From the NCBI GenBank assembly GCA_963575745.1, contig CAUYUJ010000171.1:62001-117273 (forward strand): a stretch of 55,273 nucleotides of DNA, given 5' to 3'. Within the stretch, counting starts at the first letter, position 1. The number at the start of each line of letters is the position of its first letter. Positions 1 to 11,956 of this stretch are shown piece by piece. The notes beneath the pieces are model-generated. The model did not search any database, had not been told where the DNA came from, and saw only the letters and a program-made list of their open reading frames with translations. The DNA is from Prorocentrum cordatum. Lineage: Eukaryota. A program made the translations under genes and the position numbers.

Positions 1-1422
1 GCACATCAACAAAAAATGCTCGGGACGACCAAAATCTGGTTTTGCAGGAAAGGGTGTCGCTTTCCCAACTAGCCAATGTCTCTTTGTGGGGGGGGGGGTG
101 ACCTGGCGTCACCAAAAGAAGGCCGGAAATCCAGACGGCCAATGGTTCCCTCCGAAGGTCCGCCTCGGGCCTGGGCACCATCACTGAAGAACGGCCAGGA
201 ATGACTGGCCGGCCCCTTGGGGCGGGCGGAAACCCAAAGGACCCGCGCCGCCTGGGGCGCTCGGCAGAGAGCCCCTGACATCCGACGATTTCCAAGAAGC
301 AATTACTGGGATGTCATCGTCGGAAGGATTAGGGAAAATTGCGCCCCAGTGGGGGGGGCTGCCACGCTGGGTTTGGCTGCGGACTAAGCGGGATCCAGCC
401 AGTGTAACATGTAGTCAACCGGAGTCAGCGGGACGGGGACCAGGGCAAGCTCAAAAATTGACCAACCTGGAGTTGCATCTGGACGTCTTGATTACTGTCC
501 CACATACGGGGTCCCCGGAGTGAGAGGGATGAGCGAGCAAGACAGCCAGTCAGCATATACCCGCCATGTGGAATAAATAGCGCCTGCACAGGGCACTTGC
601 CCGCAGGACACTCCACAAAGGCGCGTGCGCCTTGAGGGTCACGCGCAGAGAGGTGTGAGAAGAGGACAACTGCGAGTGTCCCCACCGGCCTGGCCTGAGA
701 CATCTTCCACACCCGGAGCGACCCTTTCCCCATGGCAGATTCTTCCTCCCGGGTCCTCTCGTGACGGTCCCAGGGCCCGGCGAAGGCCCACGGAGGCCCC
801 GAAAGCAGCCGGAAACCTTCCGTCGCGAGCATTTCGCGACGCGAGCATGTCTCGGGAGGCCACCCAGCGCCCCTCCTCGGGGATCTGCTGACCCAGGCCA
901 ATCCAAACTCGGGTCAGTCGGGCCTTGCAGGATCCTGCAAGATCCTGCACCGAAACCCGAGTCAACGCGAAGGATCCTGCAAGACCATGCAGGATCCTGC
1001 ACCCAAGCCCAGGTCAATGCGACCCTGGCCCCGCAGGATCCTGCAAGATCGGGCGCTCTGGCTGACCCCCGTTTGCATTTACCCCCGTGTCAAGGTTCCC
1101 GACCTTCCTCCTTATCGAGCACGCCGGGCCACCTCTCGTTTCCGTTCGCGCTGCGCGAATCGCTAAGGGAGGCTGCCGTTGCGCCCCTTTCCCGAGAAGG
1201 GCACCTCCTCGGCCCAAGCCTCGATCCGCGAGGCCTGCCTGTCTTCGCGCCCCCACGGCTGACCTCGCGAGACGCTCGCAGACATGCTCGCGTGGAACAA
1301 AGATCAGGACGGGAGGTCCTTGGCAATTGTCGGCCCGTGGAGTGAGGCCCTCGCCGGGCCTCGGAACAGTCAACGGCACGACTCAGGACGGCAAACTGGC
1401 CCAGGGGAAAGGGTCGTTATCT

Positions 1423-1616
1423 TCAAGAGCGGCCAAGAGGGGGGTGTCCAAGAGGGGGGGGTGCAAATCATGACCGGCGTCATGTGCGCGGCCCAGCGGG
1501 GGGGCCAGGGACGTGATGAAATAAGAAGAGGCGCCATGAAATCTGGGGAAATGTCATGGACCACGCCATGATATCCCCCCCCCCCTGGTCATCACCCCCC
1601 TCGTTGCCGCCCCCGA
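1423..1616. mobile_element. MITE family A (~194 bp), copy 1
   Basis: TIR tcaagagcggccaagagggggg / cccccctcgttgccgcccccga; flanked by tatct/tatct. Homologous to 18179, 31610 and 35690. Confidence 0.85.
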
Positions 1617-3413
1617 TATCTCTGGGGACCGCACATTGAAAAAATCAGGACGGCGCACGTCTCGGAAGTCGTCCCCCCCTTGGCCACGGCCACTTCGCCC
1701 CGCCTCGAGAGCCCTTGGGCCCTCGCAGATCCATCCCGCTCCAAAGAGTGCCGCAGGAAGATGGGGTCTGGGGGCTCTGGACGTGATTTCGCGCGATGCG
1801 CTCCTCCTCCTCCTCCTCCTCCTCCTCCTTCTCCTCCGCCTCTTCCTCCTCCACCTCCTCCTCCTCCGCCTCTTCCTCCTCCACCTCCTCCTCCTTCCTC
1901 CTCTCTCCTCCCTCCTCCCTCCTCCTGCTCCTCCTTCTCCTCAGGGGAGAGGGGCGCGCAGGAGCCTCGCCCGCTCCCCCCCCCCCCCCCCAGCACGCGG
2001 GCGGATCGACAGGCCCCACCGCAAACACCGGAGCTGCCGCGGCTCCGCCCAGGATGTTGCAACCGCTGCTGCCACCACCAAGCCGCCGCCGCTGCCACCC
2101 ACGCCGCCGATGCTGCTGCGGGAGCTGGGCAGCTGCAAGGCTTGAGACCGACTGCCTCCAAGTTGAAAAAAAAAAAACGCTCCTCGATTGTCAGCAGGTG
2201 TCGCCCGTGGACCTGCGTGGGCAGAACACCGAGCTAGAACGTTCAGCATGCCTTGATGGCCAGCTCTCCGTCGTGTCAGTCCCCCCTCCCTCCAGCCGCA
2301 CCCTCAGTAGTGGGGGCGATGTGGTGCCCGCGTTGTGGAGAGCTGGTGCCCGTCGACAAAAACAAACACACCCGCTTTGCACCCATGGATCACCGAGCCA
2401 TTTCCCAACCGCGACACCACGACTCCTCCTGGAAGCTGCGTGCCAGCAACAGCCGCCCAGCCACTGGAGGCTGCTGAGGCATATTGGTCGCTTTCAGAAG
2501 CATGGGGCGGCGGTGATGGCAGCGGGATAGGTGCAGCAGCCTACGCAGAAATCACCTCGTCGAGAAACCAGCAATGATGTCACCATATGTCAAGCCCTGG
2601 TTCCACTGTGTCTCAAAATCACTCTGCATACTGCGAGACGTTTAACAAACTGGTTTCAATATTTTTTGACTGGCAAGCTTAATCAGGGCGCGGGCGGCAC
2701 CCACTAAAATAACTTGCCTGGCAAAGAACCGAACCCTTCTAACCAAGCGGCGACTATAAACTGGACCGTCCAATACACAAGAGGACACTGAGGGATCTGC
2801 AGTACCCTTTAAACGCTTCGCCGAACAACTTCAGACCGCACTCAATGTTCCCAATTCACGCACGCACTCTCGCGACTCAAATCGCAGACGGGGGAGCCAC
2901 GGAAAGTGTGAGGAGTGTGCCGAAATGGGGCGGGGCGACGCCATGCGAACGCAGCCGCTGGAGCGCTCGGTTGAGCTCCATGTAGTACGGCCACGAAGCG
3001 TGCGAGGAGTGTGCCGTGCGAGGAGTGTGCCGAAGTGGGCGCGGGGACGCCATGCGAGCACGCCCACTGGGGCCATAGGTGGAGCTCCCTATGGGGCCAC
3101 GGCGAGCGAGGGGCCCCTGCGCCCCAATGGCGACGATCGCAAACCACACCCCGTCATAAACGCACCTATTGCAGTCGCCGGCGGAGAGATCCTGCGAGGA
3201 GGCGGCCCTGCCGCTGCATCGCCGATGCATCGCCGATGCATTGGCGACGTCGGCGATGCACCGGCGACGTCGGCGTGAAGATAATAGGGCTCCACACTTT
3301 TTTAAGTTGTTTGTTGCTCTTCTCCTTCCAAGCAACCTTCGGTTCTGGGCGACGCACATTCTGCAACGGTAAGATGAAGATATCACTGAATACCTCTGGG
3401 AAGTGGTGAACAG

Positions 3414-3596
3414 TACTCCAGATTTCGTAATAAAGGGAGGGGGGTCTCATTTCGGGGGGGGTCTCTTCCAGGCTATCTTGGAGGGCCTGGGGGGGTCTGG
3501 GGACGATGTTTTGGAGGGTTCTCCCACGGGGGGGGTCTGAAATGGCTCGTCTTGGAGGGTCCAGACCCCCTCCCTTTTATTACGAAATCTGGAGTA
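3414..3596. mobile_element. MITE family F (~180 bp), copy 1
   Basis: TIR tactccagatttcgtaataaagggaggggg / cccctcccttttattacgaaatctggagta. Confidence 0.9.
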
Positions 3597-4014
3597 CAGA
3601 ACATTGGTGCTAGCAAAACTGTCCCTCTTCGGGGGCTGTGTGGACCTCAAGAAATCCTGGCCTGGACCGTCTTCGTCATTGGGAGCTCGCCGACGACACC
3701 TGCGATGCGGGCCGCGGGCCGATCCTCCGACCCTATCTGCCGGGACCCCGTCTGGGGAGGGGAGGAGGCGGAAAGGGTGGAAAAGGGGGAGGAGGAAGAG
3801 GATTAGGAGGAGGAGGAGGAGGAGGAGGAGGAGGAGGAGGAGGAGGAGGAAGAGAAGGAGGAGGAGGAGGAGGAAGAGAAGGAGGAGGTGCTAACGAAAC
3901 TGTCCCTCTTCGGGGGCTGTGTGGACCTCAAGACAGACTGGCCTGGACCGTCTTCGTCATGAGGAGCTCGCCGACGACACCTGCGATGCGGGCCGCGGGC
4001 CGATCCTCCGACCC

Positions 4015-4191
4015 TCCTCCAGATTGCGTAACAAAAGGGAGGGGGTCTGGACCCTCCAAGACGAGCCATTTCAGACCCCCCCCGTGGGAGAACCCTCCAA
4101 AACGTCGGCCCCCCCAGGCCCTCCAAGATGGCCTGGAAGAGACACCCCCCCGAAATGAGGCCCCCCTCCCTTTATTACGAAATCTGGAGTA
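4015..4191. mobile_element. MITE family F, copy 2 (opposite orientation to copy 1)
   Basis: Same TIRs. The paralogous element-free site accctatctgc lies at ~3730-3740. Confidence 0.9.
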
Positions 4192-6006
4192 TCTGCTGGG
4201 ACCCCGCCTGGGAGGCCCAGAACGATCCTTTCGGGGCGGCCCGCGCGAGCGGCCGGCGCGGGACCCCTCCGCGATTGGAAGCGAGGGCGCCGACGTACGA
4301 CCTCACGCGGGCAACCCGCGCGCAGACGTCCGCGCTGTTGACCCCCTCTTCCCTGCGTCGCTCAGAGGCAGAGATCCTGATGGCCCTCCTCCTCCGCCTC
4401 CGCCTCCTCCTCCTCCTCCTCCTCCTCCTCCTCCTCCTCCTCCACCTTCTCCTCCTCCTCCGCCTCCTCCACCTCCGCCTGCTCCTCCTCGGGGACCCCG
4501 CCTGGGAGGCCCAGAACGATCCCTTCGGGGCGGCCCGCGCGAGCCGCAGGGCGCGGGACCCCTCCGCGATTGGAAGCGAGGGCGCCGACGCACGACCTCG
4601 CGCGGGCAACCCGCGCGGAGACGTCCGCGCTGTTGACCCCCTCTTCCCTGCGTCGCTCAGAGGCAGAGATCATTTTTGTTTTTTTTGTCCCCCCCTTTTT
4701 TTTCTTCTCCCTTTTTCCTTTTTGTTTTCAATGTTTTTCATTTGTTGTTCCCTTTTTGTTTCCTTTGTTGTTTCCTTTCCCCTTTTGTTTTTTCCTCTCC
4801 CTGTTTTTTTTTGGGTTTCCTGATGGCCCTGATTCTCCGACCCCACCTCCTCGGACCCCATCTGGGAGGTCTCGGATGCGGGCGCGTTGAGACAGCGGCA
4901 GCTGAGTCGGTCCCCGGACCCCCTCTCGGCGTCCGAACGCGCCAGTTTTCCGAGCCGCGCCAAGCTGTGGCGACGAGGGCCCCCGAAGGCAAACTACCGC
5001 TGTTTCAACTCGCCCTCCTCTGATAGTCGCCGACAGTAGGGGAACAAAACACCGCGTAAGCACAAACGTCGTAGAGGTCCGCACGGATTTCTTGGATCCG
5101 CGCTGTACTCCCCTCCCTGGTGCGCAGAACGCGCAAGGAGTGGCACCAGAGGCGCCGATCCGAGAAATCCGCGCAGAACTCTGAAAGTTTCTATTCATTG
5201 AGCAGGAGCCGACCAGGAGCCGACCGCCCCAGCATTCCTATAGGCTTACCACGACATGTTCTTGGAACAGAAAAGTGCTATATCAACGAAACAATGTCTT
5301 GTTAGCATAAGCTCGTTGTATCAGAACAAGACGGCCTCAACCAAAAATGTTCTAAGAGCATTCCGTGCGGACCACAAACGGGTCTTTGAGCATTACTTGC
5401 TGGGCCTATCGGCCAGCCAGGGCGCCTAGCCACTGCTCGACTTGTTTATTTGTTCAGACGCGTGGAGAGTCGGCGGTGGACAAACCTCCCTTTAGCAAAC
5501 CACCCTGTAGTGGAAAAAAGCCTAGGACCGACACCGACGCACCTGGACCCGCAGAAATGGCGGCCGCGACGCCCTCTCGCGAACCGAAGACGGCCAACTC
5601 GCTAATCGACGTGCCAGGATAGGAGGCCGATCAACCTCCGGGAGAGATCATTGAAGGGGCTTTGGGACACAAATAAATACACACAAATAAAAGGATTCCC
5701 CATATTTTCCAATATTTTCTGGGTTTTTGTCTTCCCCACCACTTCCCATATTTTCCCATATTTTCTGGGGGTCGGCGATTAATTGTGTTTGTGTGTTTCT
5801 TTCCCTCCTGAATCATGCGGGGAGGCGACGGCCCTACCGCATACACGGGCGGGCTAAGCTGCGCCGCTGCGGCCCGCCGCAGCGCACCGCCGCGGGCGGC
5901 CAGCGCCCGCGCGGGGCAGCCTCCGGCGAGGAGCGCCGCCAGCACAGCGCGCGCGCCGGCGGCCGCCGCAGGGCCGGCGCGCGGGGCCTGCGAGACATCG
6001 AACCAC

Positions 6007-6532
6007 CACCTCCTCCTCCTCCTCCTCCTCCTCCTCCGCCTCCTCCTCCGCCTCCTCCTCCTCCTCCTCCTCCTCCCTCCTCCTCCGCCCCTCCTCCTCC
6101 TCCTCCGCCGCCTCCTCCTCCTCCTCTTCCACCTCCTCCTCCTCCTCCTCCTCCTCCTCCTTTTCCGCCTCCTCCTCCGCCTCCTCCTCCTCCTCCGCCT
6201 CTTCCTCCTCTCCGTCTCCTCCTCCTCCTCCGCCTCCTCCTCCGCTTCCGCCGCCTTTTCCTCCTCCGCCTCCTCCCCTCCCCCGCTTCTCCACCTTCTC
6301 CGCCTCCCCCTCCGCCCGCTCCTTCTCCTCCACCTCCTCCTCCTCCTCCTCCTCCGCCTCCTCCGCCTCATCTTCCTCTTCCTCCTCCTCCCTCCTCCTT
6401 CGTTCCTCCGCCTCCTCCCTCCTCCTCCTCCTCCTCCTCTTCCTCCTCCTCCTTTTCCGCCTCCTCCTCCTCCTCCTCCTCCTCCTCCTCTTCCTCCTCC
6501 TCCTCCTCCTCCTCCTCCTCCTCCTCCTGCTT

Positions 6533-6568
<36 letters not shown>

Positions 6569-6570
6569 CG
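6007..6570. repeat. Large imperfect (CCT)n tract, representative of about 20 CCT/GGA tracts (e.g. 1800-1940, 3790-3888, 17261-17455, 20320-20578, 21108-21352, 22615-22840, 24540-24933, 25364-25680, 26958-27090, 44390-44460, 50450-50550)
   Basis: Directly visible trinucleotide tracts with phase shifts. Confidence 0.95.
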
Positions 6571-6594
6571 CGTACGGCGAAGAACTGCTCAAGT

Positions 6595-6870
6595 CTGCGC
6601 GGTGCCTCACTCCGCTGGACCTCCCAGCAACCCTCGAAAGCGGCGGCAACGTCGCAGATCGCAGGCCCCCAAGGATGGCGAGGTCCCGCCCAAATGTGTG
6701 CGGTGCTCCACTCCGCTGGACCCACCAGCAGCCCTCGGAAGCGGCGACAACGTCGCAGATCGCAGCCCCCCAGGGACGGCGAGGTCCCGCTCAGGTTTTC
6801 GCGGTGCCTCACTCCGCTGGGCCCACCAGCAGCCGTCGAAAGTGGCGACAGCGTCGCAGATCGCAGCCCA
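6595..6870. repeat. ~100-105-bp tandem repeat (about 2.6 units)
   Basis: gcggtgc..cactccgctgg.c..ccagca and cgtcgcagatcgcag occur three times. Confidence 0.85.
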
Positions 6871-7369
6871 GGAAGCAGGAAGAGAGGAAGGAAGGACGCG
6901 CGAGCAGTGCTCTATTCAAAACGAAGACCCAACCAAGGAGGGTTGGGAAAACTGATTACTCCGACGGTAATGGGCATTCCCTCGACGAATCTGGAAATAA
7001 TCCTCACCGTCGCCCTCGTGATTGTTGAGACGTCCTTACTTTCTCCTCTGCGTCATCCTCCTCCTCGCCCTGGCGCGGACTTTCCCCCCGCCCCCCACGG
7101 TGCCCTCTCCTCGCCTTTTCTGTTGTTTTCCTCCCGCGCCATCTCCCCCTCCTCTTCTATGGCGTGAGCGCGCGCGTCGGTTTTCCTCGGCACCGTCGCT
7201 GCGTCGGCCAGCACGGCGCAATCTCTCATTGCCACGTTGCGCCGCAGCCGTCGGGGCAACCCCGCAAGCCCGGCGGGGCTACCCCGCGAGCCGCTGGCGC
7301 GCGAGACCAACCCGCTGGAAGAGCCCCGCTGGCTCTGAGCGAGGCGCCGCCGCGCTCGGGCGGGGGGGG

Positions 7370-8105
7370 GCAGCGCGAAGCCCAGCCCAGCTCTGCCGCG
7401 AGCTGCTCCGCCTCCGCCCTGGAGCTATCCGCTCTGATGTCGAACTCTAGGAGCGCCTTCCGCAAGGATGCCAGCGGCCCTCGCTCCGGGAACTCCCGCG
7501 GCGGCGGCCGCGGGATCAGCGCGTACCGCATGCGCGTGGCTCGGGAGAACATGCCGTAGAAGTGCAGCTACCGCTGGTCGTCCAACGTGCCCGCGCGGCC
7601 AGCGTCCTCGCCCTTCGCGCAGTCGATGGCGACGCCCTTGCGCGGCGTCTGGCCCCGCGACAGCGTAGAGGCGAGGCACGGCGCGCGCGTCGCGGTGAAC
7701 CCCGAGCGGCGAGCGGCGCGCGGTCCGAACTTTGCCGCGTGAGCTCCTGCCCACTGGGCCTGAACATCAGCAGGCTCCGCGCCCGCGCCTCGGCCTGGCC
7801 GTCGTCGTCGGCGCCTTCGGCGCTGTGTCGCAGCAGCTCGGCGACCTCCTGGTAGATCGGGGACTCCTTGAAGCCGTGCGCCTGCAGCCAGATCCCCTGC
7901 GGTAGGAAGCGGGGGCGAAAGAGCTGGCCTGGCGGGCACTCCTCGTGACGCTGCTCGTCCTCGGGGTGGAACTCGAAGGACGCGACGGTGTCCCGTTGCT
8001 CCTGCACGAGCCCGAACTTCTTCTTCAGCACTTCCTGCACTGCGGTGAATCGCACCTCCATGCCGGCGTGGGCGGCCAGTAAGACGCCGTGGATGCCCCC
8101 CCGTC
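7370..8105 (-). pseudogene. PIF1-family (SF1B, Helitron-type) DNA helicase C-terminal half, frameshifted
   Basis: GGIHGVLLAAHAGMEVRFT..KKKFGLVQEQRDTV (2B-domain pattern L.VGM.V.L...GLV...G.V); then RRSGFTATRAPCLASTLSRGQTPRKGVAID (motif V, SQGQTL..V.ID) and LHFYGMFSRATRM (motif VI, LYVALSR). Confidence 0.75.
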
Positions 8106-8154
8106 TAGCGCTTGTTCGGGACGCTCAGGAGGTGCATGTTCGGGGACGCGCAAC

Positions 8155-8595
8155 AGTGACGACAATTAGAAGGTTCCGATGACCCGCCTCGGATTATAAA
8201 CATGAGCTGCGGGCCCCATACGGCGGAAGCTCCCGCCTGATATCTCCTCGCAGCCTACACCCGCCTGATACTTCACCCATATTCAGGCCTCAGGGCCCCA
8301 AAAGTGACGACAGTTAAAAATTTTCCGATGACCCACTCGGATGACCAACGTGAGCTGCGGGCCCCACAAGGAGGGGGGGCCCGCTTCAGACTTCCCCGCA
8401 ATTCACTCACAGACGAGGCTCCCGCCCGAGACTTCCTTCATATTCGGGCCTCAGGAGCTCAAAAAACGTGTCGACAATTATAGGGTTCCGATGGCCCGCC
8501 CGGACTGCTAACGTGAACTGCGGGCCCCATGGGGAGGGGGCTCCCGCCTGAGACTTCCACGCAATTCACTCACAAACGAGGCTCCCGCCCGAGAC
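8155..8595. repeat. Three ~150-165-bp tandem repeats
   Basis: gaca.tta....ttccgatg.ccc...tga.ctgcgggcccca at ~8160, ~8308 and ~8473. Confidence 0.85.
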
Positions 8596-9469
8596 GACAC
8601 ACAGGCAAGTGATGGTGATGATGATGATGATGATGATGGTGATGCTGATGCTGGGGATTATGATGATGTGAATGGTGCTGATGGTGAGGATGAGGCAGGT
8701 GGTGATGATGGCGTGTGAATGATTGAGTGCGTGAGAGGGCCACACAGGGGAAGTGAGTGAGCCAGTGGGAGAATGAGTCAGTTATGCGTGAGTGAGGATG
8801 ATCGGGCGAGGGTGCGATGGTGATGTGAGTGTGCGGGTGTGAAACGAAAGAGGCCGGAGCGCCGGAGAGACCGTCATCAACAAAGACCGCTCTCCCTTGC
8901 AAAGTGAATGAGTAAGTCATTAGTGAATGAGGGTGATCGGCCGAGGGTGAGTAAGTGGACGACGATGAGGCTTGATGGTACTGATGCGAGAGTGGTAGTC
9001 ATGATGATGAGTAAGATGATAGTTGATGGAGATGAGGATGATGTGGTGATGATGAAAATCATATGATTATAGGAAGAGTGGGTGTGAAAATGAAAGGGTG
9101 TGGGAGGACTTCGCGAGGTGTCCAGAGAAAACAAAAAAACTTGGGATGTGGGGATAATCAAAAAGAAAATATGAAAATGCTGTGTTTCCCATGTTTTTGA
9201 TGTCGGAGGCTCAAGCAGTAGAAGAGCACAGCGTTTTCAGACTCCAAGGCTCCAAGACGATATGTCTTGAATTGTGTGTTGTACTTCCCGATGCCGGAAA
9301 CCTTGTAAAACACAACGTTTTCGAACTCTTGAGGCACACGCTGTGCTTTTATTTTTTAGCCTTCGACACCAAACACATTGAAAACACAAGACGTTTCACA
9401 CTTTCCACTGGTTTTCAATATTTTTGTTCTGTGTTTTTATTGCTCACCCGAGTTTCCTCCTCAGTACCC

Positions 9470-9720
9470 CTCCTCAAAGGAATCAGTGTATAATCCGCCA
9501 CTAAAGGCATCAATCTGGAATCCGCTACAAAAAGGCATCAGTTTGTGATCCGCCACAAATGGAATCCTTTGTGCAACTCGCTCCATAAAGCGAATGAAGC
9601 AATCCGCCACAACAGGAAACCTGTTGTAATCCGCCACAAAAGAGATCCGAGTGTAACGAACCCAAAAATGAATCAATGTGCAATCCGCCGCAAAAGGAAC
9701 TAACATGTAATTCGCCATCG
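9470..9720. repeat. ~30-45-bp minisatellite (atccgccaca core)
   Basis: Seven to eight atccgc(c/t)ac units. Confidence 0.8.
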
Positions 9721-9899
9721 AAGAAAGCTTCACTACCCAACGCTATCGCAAGAAGAAGAATACTCATTAAAAAGGCAAAACAAACAATGAAAGCGAAACA
9801 CCTAAAACAACACATCGCTAAATAGAACCAGAGTTTGACGCTACGGGGAGGAAGGGGCGGAGGAGGAGGAGGGGGAGGAGGAGGAGAAGGAGGAGCGCG

Positions 9900-10480
9900 C
9901 GCACCTCCCTTGTCTGCGCCATGTTGAATGCACATGGCCGCGCGCGCGGCTGCGCGCGCGTGCTTGATTTGAACTGGGTTCGCGGGGCCCTGCTGTCTCA
10001 GCAGAGGGCGGAGCCCGTGGTAGATGTGGAAAGCTAGCGCGAGCCTGTGGTGATATAGGAGGCGCCCATTCTCCAAACGCACCGGAGGGGACTCGGACAC
10101 GGGGGGGGACTCGGGTTGGAGTTCGGACGCCCCGCTCAGGTGGCGGCAAAAAATGTCGTCTTGGAGGGCACCGGGGGCCTCGCAACCGAAACGGCAGCGA
10201 CGTCGCGGAAGAATCCAAGCGCCCGCAAAAGACGTCACATGTGGCCGCGACCGACTGGGAGCTCCTCTGTACAACGACCCTCTGAGACTCCTCCAGCGGA
10301 GCCCAGGGACATGGGCCCAGGGGCGGACAGGCTGGGGAACCGCTTTGGGAGCCTCCGCGCTGTAAGATCAGGCACTCTGTCTGGGATGATCTGAAGCTGG
10401 ATGCTAAGGGAGAGCTGCAACTGTAATCGAGGAGGCTTCTTGTGGTCCAGAGCGTGCTGGGCAGCCGATTCAGCGGCGAG
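9900..10480 (-). pseudogene. LINE ORF2 C-terminal remnant (CCHC zinc-knuckle region), probably the displaced 3' end of the 13600-17262 LINE
   Basis: Translations LQLQLSLSIQLQ..DLTARRL..F followed by RRCRFGCEAPGALQDDIF and RLALAFHIYHGLR resemble LINE C-termini. Same strand as, and downstream of, the RT. Confidence 0.55.
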
Positions 10481-10994
10481 GCGGGTTTGTCTCAAGATCG
10501 GGGGAGGGAGGGGAAGAGGGGCGAGGGGTCCGAGTTCGAACGAGGGGGGAAGAAGGAGAAGGGCCGGGCAATTCCCGCGGCAACGCCGCCGGCGCTCCAG
10601 GGGCGCCCTCAGAGCCCCGCACGAGCGCGGCCCCAGCCTCGGGGGGTCTGCCCCGCCAGCCCCCACACGCACGCCAGCCCCATCGTCTGCAGAGGCTCTG
10701 GGGCCCTGGGCCGACGCAGCGACTGCAACTCGCGCGAAGCAAAGGGCGATGGGGGGAGGACGGAGCAATGTCAGCAGAGCGCGGGACTCAAGCCGCAGCA
10801 GGCGGGCAAGGGGGAGAAAAGAACTGGGCGGCGTACGTAGCACCCCGCAGTTGCGGGTAACAGTGAGGGGGCGGGCGCGGGCGACGCGGGCGTCGAGCCG
10901 GCGGACCTCGTGGCCCTCACCTTCCCTGTCGATGGCGCCCTCCTCTTCCTCCTCCTGCTCCTCCTCCTCCTTTTCCTCGTCCGCTTTGGCTTTT

Positions 10995-11768
10995 TCAGTG
11001 AACGTAGTTTGGGTCGCGGGTGGGTCGCGGGCTCTTCACCTCCACCTGGAAGGAATTTAAGAACAGCCCGCCGCAGGCCCCGAAAATTTTGATTTGTACA
11101 GTGAACGCGGTTCGGGTCGCAGATTCTGCACCTGGACCTGGAGCGAATGCAAAAGAAACCCGCCGCAGGCGCCGAAGTTTTGGCTTGTTCAGTGAACGTA
11201 GTTTGGGTCGCGGGTGGGTCACGGGCTCTCCACCTCCACCTGGAAGGGATACAAAAACAGCCCGCCGCAGGCGCCGAACATTTTGATTTGTACACTGAAC
11301 GCGGTTTGGGTCGTGGGTGGGTCGCAGGTTCTCCACCTGGAACGGATGCAAAAGAAGCCCGCCGCAGGCGCCGAAAATTTTGGGTGGGTCGCGGAGTGGG
11401 TCGCGGGTGGGTCGCGGGCGCGGTTTGGGTAGCGGGTGGGTCGCAGGTTCTCCACCTGGAACGAATGCAAAAGAAACCCGCCGCAATCGCCGAACATTTT
11501 GGGTAAGTCGCGGGGTGGGTCGCGGGTGGGTCGCGGGTGGGTCGCGGTGGGTCGCGGGTGGGTCGCGGGTGGGTCGCGGGTGGGTCGCGGGTGGGTCGCG
11601 GGTCGGGTGGGTCGCGGGTGGGTCGCGGGGTGGGTCGCGGGTGGGTGGGTCGCGGGTGGGTGGGTCGCGAAGTGGGTCGCGGGTGGGTCGCGGGGTGGGT
11701 CGCGGGTGGGTCGCGGGTGGGTCGAAGGGTGGGTCGCGGGTGGGTCGCGGGGCGGGTCGCGGGTGGGA
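10995..11768. repeat. Tandem ~120-190-bp repeats grading into a (gggtgggtcgc)n minisatellite, followed by (CAA)n
   Basis: Repeated gtgaacgtagtttgggtcgcgggtgggtc and ccacctggaa; 11-mer array at 11510-11768. Confidence 0.9.
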
Positions 11769-11827
11769 CGACGACAACAACGAACAACAAACAACAAACA
11801 ACAAACAACAAACAACAAACAACAAAC

Positions 11828-11866
<39 letters not shown>

Positions 11867-11956
11867 GCAGCAACACCGCCACCAACAACAACAACAACAA
11901 CAGCAACAGCAACACCACCAACAACAACAACACCACCAACAACAACAACACCAACA

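Noticed and set aside
2146..2165. Other ctcaag/cttgag matches as SL relics (also ~9208, ~10490, ~38518, ~43485)
   Set aside because: Only 6-8-nt matches, expected by chance.
5631..7167. Long ORFs (393-450 aa) here, plus 10771-12981 (736 aa), 24224-25181, 29521-30987 and 49507-50914
   Set aside because: They are open only because microsatellites and GC-rich repeats lack stop codons; they give homopolymeric translations in several frames and both strands.
9470..9720. Regularly spaced atccgccaca repeats that look CRISPR-like (also 32555-32920 and 13075-13290)
   Set aside because: The repeat cores are short and degenerate, the spacers are mutually similar, there are no cas genes, and the context is eukaryotic.
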